Below the pieces are notes generated by a model. That model worked only from the letters and a program-made list of their open reading frames with translations. It had not been told where the DNA came from and ran no database searches. From Burkholderiales bacterium 28-67-8 (GTDB lineage: Bacteria; Pseudomonadota; Gammaproteobacteria; Burkholderiales; Burkholderiaceae_C): a DNA stretch of 55,610 bases. Positions 16,554 through 24,748 of the stretch are shown here, piece after piece. Made by a program: the position numbers and the translations under genes. How positions within the stretch are numbered: the first letter of the stretch is position 1; each line of letters starts with the position of its first letter. The DNA is taken from contig NCFZ01000001.1 of NCBI GenBank assembly GCA_002281415.1, positions 1 through 55,610 of the forward strand, given 5' to 3'.

Positions 16554-17615
16554 ATGACAGAGCCCACTCCCCCATCGATTTCCAGGCTCCCGGCCGGGGT
16601 CGGTGCAGCGCTGCTCGCCGCGGCTCTGTTCGGCGCTGGAACGCCGCTGGCCAAGACGCTGATGGCCGGGGTCAGCCCCTGGATGCTCGCTGGTCTTCTG
16701 TACCTGGGCTCAGGGCTCGGACTGGCGCTGCTTCGACTCGTCCGGCGCGCCCCCTCGGTCCGACTGGCGGCCGGTGACCGGCCCTGGCTGGCTGGCGCGG
16801 TGCTGGCCGGCGGAGTGGTCGGCCCCGTGCTGCTGATGTTCGGCCTCTCCGGCATGCCGGCCTCGGGTGCCTCGCTGTTGCTCAACGCCGAAGGTGTCTT
16901 CACCGCGCTGCTGGCCTGGTTCGTCTTCAGGGAGAACTTCGACCGCCGGATCGCGCTGGGCATGCTGGCAATCGTCGCCGGAGCGGTCGTGCTGAGCTGG
17001 CCCGGCGACGCAGAGTTCGGCACGCCATGGCCCGCGCTGGCTGTGCTCGGCGCGTGCCTGGCCTGGGGCATCGACAACAACCTCACGCGCAAGGTGTCGC
17101 TCTCGGACGCGACCTGGGTGGCCATGGTTAAGGGATTGGCAGCTGGCAGCGTGAATCTGACCATTGCGCTGGCGCTGGGTGCGAGCCTGCCGGCCCCGGG
17201 CACGCTGGCTGGCTTGGCCGTGCTGGGCTTCTTCGCCTACGGGATCAGCCTGACACTGTTCGTCGTCGCGCTGCGCCACCTGGGCACCGCGCGCACTGGG
17301 GCGTACTTCTCGGTGGCACCGTTCTTCGGCGCGGTGCTGGCGGTCGTCCTGCTCGGTGAGGCGATCACGCCGGGACTGCTAGCGGCCGGTGCGCTGATGG
17401 CACTGGGTGTATGGCTGCACCTGAGCGAGAAGCATGGTCATCTGCACGCGCATGAGGCGATGGAGCATGCGCACGAGCATGAACACGACATGCACCACAC
17501 GCACCACGCGCCAGGGGTAGCGCCGCCTGGGCCGCACACGCATCGCCACCGGCATGCGCCGATGAGCCACTCGCACGAGCATTTTCCGGACGAACACCAC
17601 CGGCATTCGCACTGA
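16554..17615 (+). CDS. DMT (EamA-type) transporter with His-rich C-terminal tail
   Basis: Ten hydrophobic segments and two EamA-like halves. The last 65 aa contain 24 His (HGHLHAHEAMEHAHEHEHDMHHTHH...HRHRH...HSHEHFPDEHHRHSH). Confidence 0.8.
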   Translation: MTEPTPPSISRLPAGVGAALLAAALFGAGTPLAKTLMAGVSPWMLAGLLYLGSGLGLALLRLVRRAPSVRLAAGDRPWLAGAVLAGGVVGPVLLMFGLSGMPASGASLLLNAEGVFTALLAWFVFRENFDRRIALGMLAIVAGAVVLSWPGDAEFGTPWPALAVLGACLAWGIDNNLTRKVSLSDATWVAMVKGLAAGSVNLTIALALGASLPAPGTLAGLAVLGFFAYGISLTLFVVALRHLGTARTGAYFSVAPFFGAVLAVVLLGEAITPGLLAAGALMALGVWLHLSEKHGHLHAHEAMEHAHEHEHDMHHTHHAPGVAPPGPHTHRHRHAPMSHSHEHFPDEHHRHSH

Positions 17616-17718
17616 AGGCTTCACGCCACTGTCCATGACGGGCATGCAGCACGTCAGGCCCAATCAGCGACGCGCGAGAGCAGGAATTGCGAAAGGACGC
17701 AAGTCGTCGACGCCGCGC

Positions 17719-18129
17719 TCAGACCGCCTGTGTGCCGACACCACCCAACGCAGAACAAACGCGCCGCAGCCGGCTTTCGGCCTCGTCGGCCACGCTTCGC
17801 ACGCCGGGCTTGCCCACAAGGCCCACCATGATCTGCGGGTCGAGGAAGCCCACTACGACGCGGCCCGGTGCCTCTTCGCGGACGATCACGTTGCAAGGCA
17901 GCAGCAGACCGATGTCCGGTTCAGCTTGCAGGGCCTGGTGGGCGAGCGGAGGATTGCAAGCGCCAAGGATTCGGTACGGCAGCATGTCCGCACCGAGCTT
18001 TTCCTTCATCGCGCGCTGGACGTCGATGTCGCTCAGCACACCGAAGCCTTCGGCCTTGAGCGCGGCTGTCGTTGTTGCCAGCGCTTCGTCGAACGACAGG
18101 CCCGTCAGGGTCGTGGTGAATCCGTACAT
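17719..18129 (-). CDS. DUF302 domain protein
   Basis: [37 protein letters not shown]...[16 protein letters not shown] is the typical DUF302 signature. Confidence 0.8.
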   Translation of the reverse strand: MYGFTTTLTGLSFDEALATTTAALKAEGFGVLSDIDVQRAMKEKLGADMLPYRILGACNPPLAHQALQAEPDIGLLLPCNVIVREEAPGRVVVGFLDPQIMVGLVGKPGVRSVADEAESRLRRVCSALGGVGTQAV

Positions 18130-18223
18130 GTCATGCCTTTCACAGAAGGGCGGCCACTAGGCCCAGGTCCCCAGGATGCTCCATCGGCCACGCAGGCCCC
18201 CAGGGCGATCGAGCGGCGGAACA

Positions 18224-18937
18224 TCAGTGTCCCATCAACTGGATGGCCCAGAAGGTCAGGAAGCCACCGAACAGGACCAGGGTTGCCACCGGCTTCTCCT
18301 CCACCTCGTGGGCTTCCATCAGCAGTTCCTCGGTCACCAGGTAGAGCAGCGCGGCAGCACTGAAGGACAAGGTGCCTGCCAGCACGGCAGCCGACGCGCC
18401 GGCCAGCAGAAGGCTGCCGAGCATGGCAAAGCCCAGAACAGTGAGCCCCAGTGCAGCCGTCACACCCACGATGCGCCAGCCGGCGATGCGATCGGATGCC
18501 ACGGCCAGGCCGAGGAAGAGCAACTCGACCGACAGGCCAAGTGCCAACACGGTCCCGGTCTCATTCCCCGCCGCAAAGCCTGCGCCGATGATGAAGCCGT
18601 CGGTCGCGACATCGACGAATGTGGCCACCAGCAGACCCACAGCAGCCCCCTGCGCGGCACCGCTGTCGTGGCCCTCCAATCGCGTGGTCCACAGCTTGAG
18701 GGCGTACATGAAGAGGCTGCCGGCCGCGAAAGCGCCCAACACCACCTGCTTGGTCGCATGCTCCTTGCCGATGTCGGGCAGCAATTCAACGGCTAGCGCC
18801 GCGAGGATGACGCCGGCCGCGAAGTGCTGAATGAGGCTGCGCACCTGGTGCGATGGCTTCCAGAGCGCCGCGAGTGCGCCGCCCGAGACGGCGACCGCGG
18901 CCGGAATGGCCATGATGGAGAGGGCATGCGAGTTCAT
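18224..18937 (-). CDS. ZIP-family divalent metal transporter
   Basis: 237 aa and multi-TM. Motifs include FVDVATDGFIIGAGFAAGNETG and LALGLSVELLFLGL. It is the internal ATG of track ORF 18224..19078. Confidence 0.55.
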   Translation of the reverse strand: MNSHALSIMAIPAAVAVSGGALAALWKPSHQVRSLIQHFAAGVILAALAVELLPDIGKEHATKQVVLGAFAAGSLFMYALKLWTTRLEGHDSGAAQGAAVGLLVATFVDVATDGFIIGAGFAAGNETGTVLALGLSVELLFLGLAVASDRIAGWRIVGVTAALGLTVLGFAMLGSLLLAGASAAVLAGTLSFSAAALLYLVTEELLMEAHEVEEKPVATLVLFGGFLTFWAIQLMGH

Positions 18938-19074
18938 GGGGATGGCTTCTGGACGCTGGGCATCCCGGCATTGTTGCCGCCGTGCCTCAAATCCTCTCAG
19001 CTCGATCACATGCAAGGACGCGATGGACCTCTTGCCGTCGGCGCAGCTATCGCGACGGCCCCAGTCGCCGCCCG

Positions 19075-19590
19075 TCACTGCTTCTTCATTGCGCCATGGT
19101 CGTGGTGCATGTGACCGGCCGTCGCGTCAGCGCCGTGGTCCGAGAGTTGGGCATCGAACCACCGATGCAACGCCACCACCAATTTGGTGTCGGCGGTGCG
19201 GTAGGTGAGTTCGGCACCAGCCTTCACGTCCTTGTAGTCGATGCTCACTTGACCGGACTTGGCCGCCTGAAGCTCTGCGAGGCCGGGCATATCAGCGCCG
19301 TGGATGTGGCCGGGACCGGAATAGTCGCCCTTCAGGAACTGGGCGCGAATCTCCCGGAGGTGCTCGCGCACGAGCTTGACCTGCTGCGCGTCCGCCGCAT
19401 TCTTGGCCACCACACGCTGAGTTCCACCGTTCGCCGTCTTGCTGAAGACATGGGTGGTGGCCTTGAGATCGAACGGCATCACGTCGGCGCCGAGCTTGGC
19501 CACCTCGGCCTGCCGCTGCGCATCGGCCGCGGTAGCGGGCAGCGAGAGAGCTGCCGCCAGGAGGGACAGGGAGAAGGCGACGATTTTCAT
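19075..19590 (-). CDS. Periplasmic hypothetical protein with His-rich C-terminus
   Basis: Signal peptide MKIVAFSLSLLAAALSLPATA and a C-terminal HGADATAGHMHHDHGAMKKQ. No family recognised. Confidence 0.55.
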   Translation of the reverse strand: MKIVAFSLSLLAAALSLPATAADAQRQAEVAKLGADVMPFDLKATTHVFSKTANGGTQRVVAKNAADAQQVKLVREHLREIRAQFLKGDYSGPGHIHGADMPGLAELQAAKSGQVSIDYKDVKAGAELTYRTADTKLVVALHRWFDAQLSDHGADATAGHMHHDHGAMKKQ

Positions 19591-19849
19591 GGTGTGGACG
19601 GACCGATGGTGAGAGGGAAAGGTTTGCGGGGGCGTCGACGAACAAGCGCCGTCAATTCGACGCCGGTACGCGCAAGGAGGTCGGCGAAGGACGCATTCTC
19701 TGACCACGTCTCGATCAAGGCTCAAGCGCTCGACTTATCGAGCGAATCGATGGCTCGAAGTTCCGCCAAACCTATTGCGAGAGCGCAAGGAAAGTAGATA
19801 CCTTAATGGGTATGTTTAGCTGGTTGTGCAAACTGCCAAGGAGCGAAGC

Positions 19850-20233
19850 ATGGAGATTCTGCGAACGATGGTGCTGTCTTCCCTGATGAGTCTGTCGATG
19901 GGCATCGCCATGGCGCAGCCTGGCGGTGGCAAGGGCCCCGGTGCGGGAACCGGCCCGATGGGCGCCGGTCCGGCGGCCAGTGCGCCAGGGATGGGACGGG
20001 GCGGTGGCCATGGTGCGGCACGCTATGGCTCGGACTACACGCCCGGTTGGACGCTGATGAGCCAGCAGGAGCGCAATGAGCACCGAGATCGAATGCGCTC
20101 GATGAAGACCTTCGAGGATTGCAAGGCCTATCAGGACCAGCACCACGAACAGATGGCTGCCCGAGCCAAGGAGCGTGGCGGCAAGCCGCTGGCACAACCG
20201 CGGCGCGATGCCTGTGCCAGCCTGAAGAACTGA
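19850..20233 (+). CDS. Small periplasmic hypothetical protein
   Basis: AAGGAG RBS, signal peptide MEILRTMVLSSLMSLSMGIAMA, a Gly-rich linker, then a helical region MSQQERNEHRDRMRSMKTFEDCKAYQDQHHEQM. Confidence 0.55.
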   Translation: MEILRTMVLSSLMSLSMGIAMAQPGGGKGPGAGTGPMGAGPAASAPGMGRGGGHGAARYGSDYTPGWTLMSQQERNEHRDRMRSMKTFEDCKAYQDQHHEQMAARAKERGGKPLAQPRRDACASLKN

Positions 20234-20336
20234 ACACAAGGGCTGGTGTTTTCGGACTCTAGATCCGCACGGGGCCGCAACAGACCAGCCGAAACGAAAT
20301 CGATGCCATCGAGATCTCAGGGGTGGCAGCCGGACC

Positions 20337-20598
20337 GTGACCAACAACCCAGCCAATGCCATGAGTGAATCGACCAACAAGTACCGCGACCTCACCCAGT
20401 CCGTCTCGGCGGGCCTGTCGTCACTGCGAATGAGCACGCCCGAGGTCATGAAGAGCTTCAACGACCTGGGCAAGTCGGCCACCGCCAGCGGTGTCCTCGA
20501 CGCCAAGACCAAGGAACTGATCGCACTGGCGCTGAGCGTCGCCGCACGCTGCGACCCCTGCATCGGCTTCCACACCAAGGCCCTGGTCAAGCTGGGAG
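20337..20598 (+). pseudogene. AhpD/carboxymuconolactone-decarboxylase-family gene, 5' part (interrupted by IS)
   Basis: The sequence ...ELIALALSVAARCDPCIGFHTKALVKLG holds the CxxC motif. The reading frame is broken at 20598/20599 by the IS end. Confidence 0.8.
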
Positions 20599-20624
20599 TG
20601 GACTTACCCTGATCTCACGGACAC
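20599..20624. repeat. IS terminal inverted repeat (orfB-proximal end)
   Basis: TGGACTTACCCTGATCTCACGGACAC, compared with the reverse complement of the other end, TGAAGTTCCCCCGATTTCGCGGACAC. Confidence 0.8.
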
Positions 20625-20631
20625 GATGGGA

Positions 20632-21537
20632 CTAGATTTTCAGTGGAACTGCTGAGGTCAACTCAGCGATGGCGCTTTCGGTGACTTTGGCTTGGTCTTG
20701 CAGTTCCTTCTCGAAGTTGATGGGGGACTTCTGGCCGATGCCGCTGTGCCGGCGGCGCGGGTTGTACCAACCCTCGATCCAAGTGAAGACGGCCATGCGC
20801 GCCTCGGCGAACGACTTCCAGCTGCGCCGGTCAATCAGCTCGCATTCCAGGCTTGCGAAGAAGCTCTCGGCCATGGCGTTGTCGTATGCATCGCCCACGC
20901 TGCCCATCGACGGGCGCACGCCCATTTCCTTGCAGCGCTTGCCGAAGTCCACGCTGGTGTACTGGCTGCCCTGGTCCGAATGGTGGATGACGCCCTGCGG
21001 CTTGCGCGTGATGAGCGCCATGTTCAGGGCCTGGATCACAAGGTCGGCCGTTTGCTGTTGGCCGAATGACCAGCCGACCACCTTGCGGCTGTAGACATCG
21101 AGCACCACCGCCAGATAGACAAATCCCGCCCAGGTCGGGATATAGGTCATGTCGGCGACCCACAGCTGATTGATGCTGGTGGCTGTGAACTCGCGCTGCA
21201 CCAGGTCTGGCGCTGGGTGGCTTTCCTTGTCGCGCTTGGTGGTCACGCACCACCCCCTGCGCCGGCTGACGCCGCGCAGGCCGTTGACACGCATGACAGC
21301 AGCGATGCGGTTGTGACCCGCCTTGATCCCCTGGTCAGCGAGTTCGGCCTGAATGCGTGGCACGCCGTAGGTGGCGTCGCTGGCCGCATGGGCCTGACGG
21401 ATCTGCTCCAGCAGCACGGCGTTGGCCTGCGCTTGCGCGCAGGCCGGTCGATCCAGCCAGTCGTAGTAACCGCTGTGCGACACGCGCAGCGTCTTGCACA
21501 TGGCACGAACGGGAAGCTCGGCCTGGTTCGCCTTCAC
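20632..21537 (-). CDS. IS3-family transposase OrfB (DDE integrase domain)
   Basis: Contains WVADMTYIPT, HHSDQGSQYTS and DNAMAESFFASLECE (the DDE triad context). It is probably made as an OrfAB fusion by frameshifting. Confidence 0.9.
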   Translation of the reverse strand: MKANQAELPVRAMCKTLRVSHSGYYDWLDRPACAQAQANAVLLEQIRQAHAASDATYGVPRIQAELADQGIKAGHNRIAAVMRVNGLRGVSRRRGWCVTTKRDKESHPAPDLVQREFTATSINQLWVADMTYIPTWAGFVYLAVVLDVYSRKVVGWSFGQQQTADLVIQALNMALITRKPQGVIHHSDQGSQYTSVDFGKRCKEMGVRPSMGSVGDAYDNAMAESFFASLECELIDRRSWKSFAEARMAVFTWIEGWYNPRRRHSGIGQKSPINFEKELQDQAKVTESAIAELTSAVPLKI

Positions 21538-21860
21538 GAGTTCGTAGACGACGTGGGCGTCTTCTCGCTTTTGGCGGCAAACCAGGCCGTAGCCTTTGCC
21601 AATATGTCGCGCTCCTGCTGGACCTGCCTGAACTTGCGGCGCAGCTCGATCAGCTCCTGGCGCTCGTTCATCGACAACGGTGCATCGGTGCTCGTGGCGC
21701 CGCTGCCATCAGAGCCGCCAGCAGCCTTCATCCATGCGTGGATGCTGCTGGCGTTGCAGCCGAACTCGCGGGCCAGGTCGCTGACGCCGCGACCAGCGCG
21801 AACCAGCTCGACCATTTGTTGGCGAAACGCCGCCGGATACGGCGGCTTGGGGGTGGGCAT
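21534..21860 (-). CDS. IS3-family transposase OrfA (HTH)
   Basis: Starts MPTPKPPYPAAFRQQMVELVRAGRGVSDLAREFGCNASSIHAWMK and includes a leucine-zipper-like region ELIELRRKFRQVQQERDILAKA. Confidence 0.9.
   Translation of the reverse strand: MPTPKPPYPAAFRQQMVELVRAGRGVSDLAREFGCNASSIHAWMKAAGGSDGSGATSTDAPLSMNERQELIELRRKFRQVQQERDILAKATAWFAAKSEKTPTSSTNS
21568..21574 (-). other. Putative -1 programmed ribosomal frameshift site of the IS
   Basis: The minus strand reads GCC AAA AGC. Slipping by -1 at A-AAA-G continues as K-R-E-D-A-H-V-V-Y-E-L-V-K-A-N-Q..., which runs without a stop into OrfB. Confidence 0.6.
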
Positions 21861-21885
21861 CTCGGACTCCTTCTCGAGTGAAAAA

Positions 21886-21911
21886 GTGTCCGCGAAATCG
21901 GGGGAACTTCA
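21886..21911. repeat. IS terminal inverted repeat (orfA-proximal end)
   Basis: GTGTCCGCGAAATCGGGGGAACTTCA, ending in CA at 21911 and followed by the GAG target duplication. Confidence 0.8.
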
Positions 21912-21914
21912 GAG

Positions 21915-22048
21915 CCACGCGGCAGGAGGTCGACGAGACACTCGGCGTGACCACGTACATGGGCGGCGGTCCGTCGCTGATGTACGCCGCCAATGCAATC
22001 GCTGCGTTCGAGGAGTTCGCGCGGGCCTCGGCCCCGAAAACAGCGTAG
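21915..22048 (+). pseudogene. AhpD-family gene, 3' part
   Basis: Continues in frame as (A)TRQEVDETLGVTTYMGGGPSLMYAANAIAAFEEFARASAPKTA*. This is the typical C-terminus of the family. Confidence 0.8.
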
Positions 22049-22099
22049 CGTGTCCGGCCGCGCCTTGCAGGTTTCCCCGCCAGCGCCTTCGAGTCCGTG

Positions 22100-22605
22100 A
22101 TTGCCGAGGCAGCCACGGCTATCGCCGGTGTCTGGGCCGTGCGCCGCATGGTGCACCGGGCCATTCGGTCGGTGCCGCTGCGGCCTTGCTCCACGCGTCT
22201 GTGCACAGAGACGTCAGGGCGGTGGTGAGCCTGGCCGCGTTCGCGCACCCGCGCGAGGTCATGCGTGCCTTCATGGCCGAGAAGCGCGTGCCCTATCCGC
22301 TGGTGGGCTGGTATGTCATGCGGCATGTGCAGCGGGTGATCGGCCCAACCTTCGAAGACATCGCGCCCGTCAACACGATCGCACGGGCACGATGCCCCGT
22401 GCTCGTGGTCCATGGGCGAACGGACCGCGTCGTGCCGACGGGTGATGCGAAGCGCCTGGTCCAACGCTCGCCGCAAGCCCGTCTTCTCCTGGTGGACGGC
22501 GACCACGACCTTCGTGAGGCCCTCGCACCTCATGCAGGCACCCTGGTCGAATTCCTTCGCGTGGCCTGCACTGTGCGCACGTCGGCGTCGATTGCCGTAG
22601 GCTGA
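22100..22605 (+). pseudogene. Alpha/beta hydrolase, 5'-truncated fragment
   Basis: Contains the nucleophile elbow GHSVG (22159-22173), VLVVHGRTDRVVP (Asp) and GDHDL (His). No N-terminal ~100 aa and no in-frame start exist between the AhpD stop (22048) and the elbow. The left edge is approximate. Confidence 0.55.
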
Positions 22606-22609
22606 GGCC

Positions 22610-23449
22610 ATGTTGTCCATCTCGCTGGGGCCCGTCGCCTTACCCGTGCCACCTCTGTTGCTGCTGGCGGTGGTGTGGGCCGCCTCCTGGGTCGTCACAA
22701 GGCTCCACGCGCGGTCACAAGCGGCCACCCCGCCTGTCGAGCAACCGCAGGTCGCCAGCAACGCCATCATCTTTGCGGCCGGAATCGGCCTCCTCGGCGC
22801 TCGGGTCGCGCATCTGGCGATGAATTCCGATCTCTACCTCGACGAGCCCGTGTCGGCTATCGACCTGCGCGACGGCGGCTGGCACACCGCGACGGGCATT
22901 GCCGTGGGCGCCGCCTGGTTGGCCTGGAAGGGTTGGCGGGTCCCTACGCTTCGCCGGCCGCTGCTGATCGCCGCCTTGGCCGGGTTGGGTGCCTGGACGA
23001 TCGCCTCGATGGCGCTGAGCCCTCGCAACACGGCACCCATGCCTACACTGGTCTTCAGCCCCCTCGATGGCGGTCCTCCGAGAGAACTGCGCCAGGCCGC
23101 CGCGGGGCGCCCGGTGGTCGTCAACCTCTGGGCCAGTTGGTGCGGGCCGTGCCGCCAGGAGATGCCCACGCTGGCCGAGGCGCAGCAGCGTGACGGCACG
23201 GTGGGGTTCTTGTTCGTGAACCAGGGTGAGTCTGAAGCCACCGTCCGCACCTACCTGGCGAGCTTGGGTGCGCCGCTGCGCGAGGTGCTTCTGGATCCTG
23301 GCGCCCGGCTCGGCCCGGCCGTCGGCTCGCGCGGCCTGCCCACCACACTGTTCTACGATGCGCAGGGACAGCTCGTCGATGCGCACTTCGGCGTGCTCAA
23401 CGCCGCTGCGCTCGAAAGCCGCCTGCGCACCCTGCGCTCCAGCCGCTGA
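22610..23449 (+). CDS. TlpA-like thiol:disulfide oxidoreductase with N-terminal polytopic membrane domain
   Basis: C-terminal thioredoxin fold with VVNLWASWCGPCRQEMP. The N-terminal ~130 aa holds four hydrophobic segments, one reading GARVAHLAMNSDLYLDEPVSAIDLRDGGWHTATGIAVG (Lgt-like). Confidence 0.75.
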   Translation: MLSISLGPVALPVPPLLLLAVVWAASWVVTRLHARSQAATPPVEQPQVASNAIIFAAGIGLLGARVAHLAMNSDLYLDEPVSAIDLRDGGWHTATGIAVGAAWLAWKGWRVPTLRRPLLIAALAGLGAWTIASMALSPRNTAPMPTLVFSPLDGGPPRELRQAAAGRPVVVNLWASWCGPCRQEMPTLAEAQQRDGTVGFLFVNQGESEATVRTYLASLGAPLREVLLDPGARLGPAVGSRGLPTTLFYDAQGQLVDAHFGVLNAAALESRLRTLRSSR

Positions 23450-23479
23450 CCTTTCACCGCCCACCTGACACGGACCATC

Positions 23480-24187
23480 ATGGAAACAAGCCAGCACATC
23501 GAGGTGCTCGTGGACGACGAACTCGACGTACTCGCCAGCCTGGTGCCTGTCGCCGGACAAGACATCGTCGAGCTGGGCTGTGGCGCGGCCGGCCTGGCCC
23601 GCTCGCTGCTGGCGCGCCACGCCGACAGCCAGGTCACCGGGCTCGAGGTCGATGAGCGGCAGCACGCCAAGAACCTGGCATCACCACAGCCCGGCCTGCA
23701 GTTCGTCGCGGGCGGTGCGCAGGCCATCCCGTTTGCCGACGCGAGCTTCGACCTCGCGCTGATGCTGAAGTCTCTTCACCACGTACCAGTGCCGCTGCTG
23801 TCGCAGGCCCTCGGTGAAGTCGCAAGAGTGCTGCGCCCTCGCGGGTTTCTCTACGTGTCCGAGCCGGTGTACGGTGGGCCTTTGAACGAGCTGATCCGCC
23901 TGTTCAACGACGAGGGCGTCGTGAGGGCTGCGGCGCAGGCCGCCGTCGACGCGGCGCTCAGGACAGGCATCTGGGAGCAGGTGGCGGAGAGGTTCTTCGC
24001 GATGCCGGTGCGCTTCAAGGACTTCGCGGACTTCGAGCAGCGCATGATGCGACCCACGTTCGCGGACCACCGAATCGACGATGCCAAGCTGGCCGAGGTG
24101 GCTGGCGCCTTCGCGCCCCACATGACGGACGGCGGCGCGCGATTCACCCGCCCGATGCACGTCCGCGTGCTGCGAAAGCTGCGTTGA
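23480..24187 (+). CDS. Class I SAM-dependent methyltransferase
   Basis: Motif I is IVELGCGAAGLA, post-I is VTGLEVD, and FDLALMLKSLHH follows. Confidence 0.75.
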   Translation: METSQHIEVLVDDELDVLASLVPVAGQDIVELGCGAAGLARSLLARHADSQVTGLEVDERQHAKNLASPQPGLQFVAGGAQAIPFADASFDLALMLKSLHHVPVPLLSQALGEVARVLRPRGFLYVSEPVYGGPLNELIRLFNDEGVVRAAAQAAVDAALRTGIWEQVAERFFAMPVRFKDFADFEQRMMRPTFADHRIDDAKLAEVAGAFAPHMTDGGARFTRPMHVRVLRKLR

Positions 24188-24247
24188 GGCCCGTCGCCGT
24201 CAGCCGGGAACAGATCCCGACCCACGCATTCCAGACCGAGATCGTGC

Positions 24248-24616
24248 ATGTCCTACCTCGATGATCCGCGTGTCCTGTTCGCGGCGGAGCGCACGCTGCT
24301 CGCATGGCAGCGCACGGCCATCGCGCTGATGGGCTTTGGCTTCGTCGTCGAGCGCTTCGGGCTGTTCCTGCGCATGGTGAGCAACCAGCCGCTGTCGCTG
24401 TCCCAGCGCGGCTTCTCGCTGTGGCTGGGCGTCACGCTGCTGCTGCTCGGCGCCGGAGTCTCGGTGGTCTCGGCCCTGCAGTTCCGGACCGTCCTGCGCG
24501 GCCTGGGCGAGAAGGAGATTCCGCGGGGCTACTGGACGAGCCTGGGCGTCTGGCTCAACTTCATCCTTGCCGCGGTGGCGCTCGCGCTGGCGGTGCACTT
24601 CGTCAGCAGCGGCTGA
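24248..24616 (+). CDS. DUF202 (YidH-like) membrane protein
   Basis: FAAERTLLAWQRTAIALMGFGFVVERF plus two further TM segments. Confidence 0.75.
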   Translation: MSYLDDPRVLFAAERTLLAWQRTAIALMGFGFVVERFGLFLRMVSNQPLSLSQRGFSLWLGVTLLLLGAGVSVVSALQFRTVLRGLGEKEIPRGYWTSLGVWLNFILAAVALALAVHFVSSG

Positions 24617-24748
24617 TGTCTGCCACTGCCCCGCGTCGGCTTCGGACTTCGCGCAAGGCGTCGGCAAATCAGTAGAACCATATTGCCGCCACCTTCAGAG
24701 CGCTGGGAGGTCGCAGCTTGGTGAGCTTTGTCGCTCCAGCCCGATCAC

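Larger units (their letters stand above)
20599..21911 (-). mobile_element. IS3-family insertion sequence (1313 bp), apparently intact
   Basis: TG...CA termini and 26-bp imperfect terminal inverted repeats (20/26). A 3-bp direct repeat GAG sits at 20596-20598 and 21912-21914. orfA and orfB are present with a -1 frameshift motif. Confidence 0.9.

Noticed and set aside
18938-19074. A search for Zur/Fur-type boxes upstream of the ZIP transporter gene.
   Set aside because: Only short GC-rich inverted repeats are present (for example CCGTCG-N12-CGACGG). Nothing resembles the AT-rich Zur or Fur consensus.
21217-22605. A 462-aa plus-strand ORF spanning the IS, the AhpD 3' part and the hydrolase fragment.
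   Set aside because: It is an artefact of an open frame running antisense through the IS. Only its last ~165 codons (the hydrolase fragment) look like real coding sequence.
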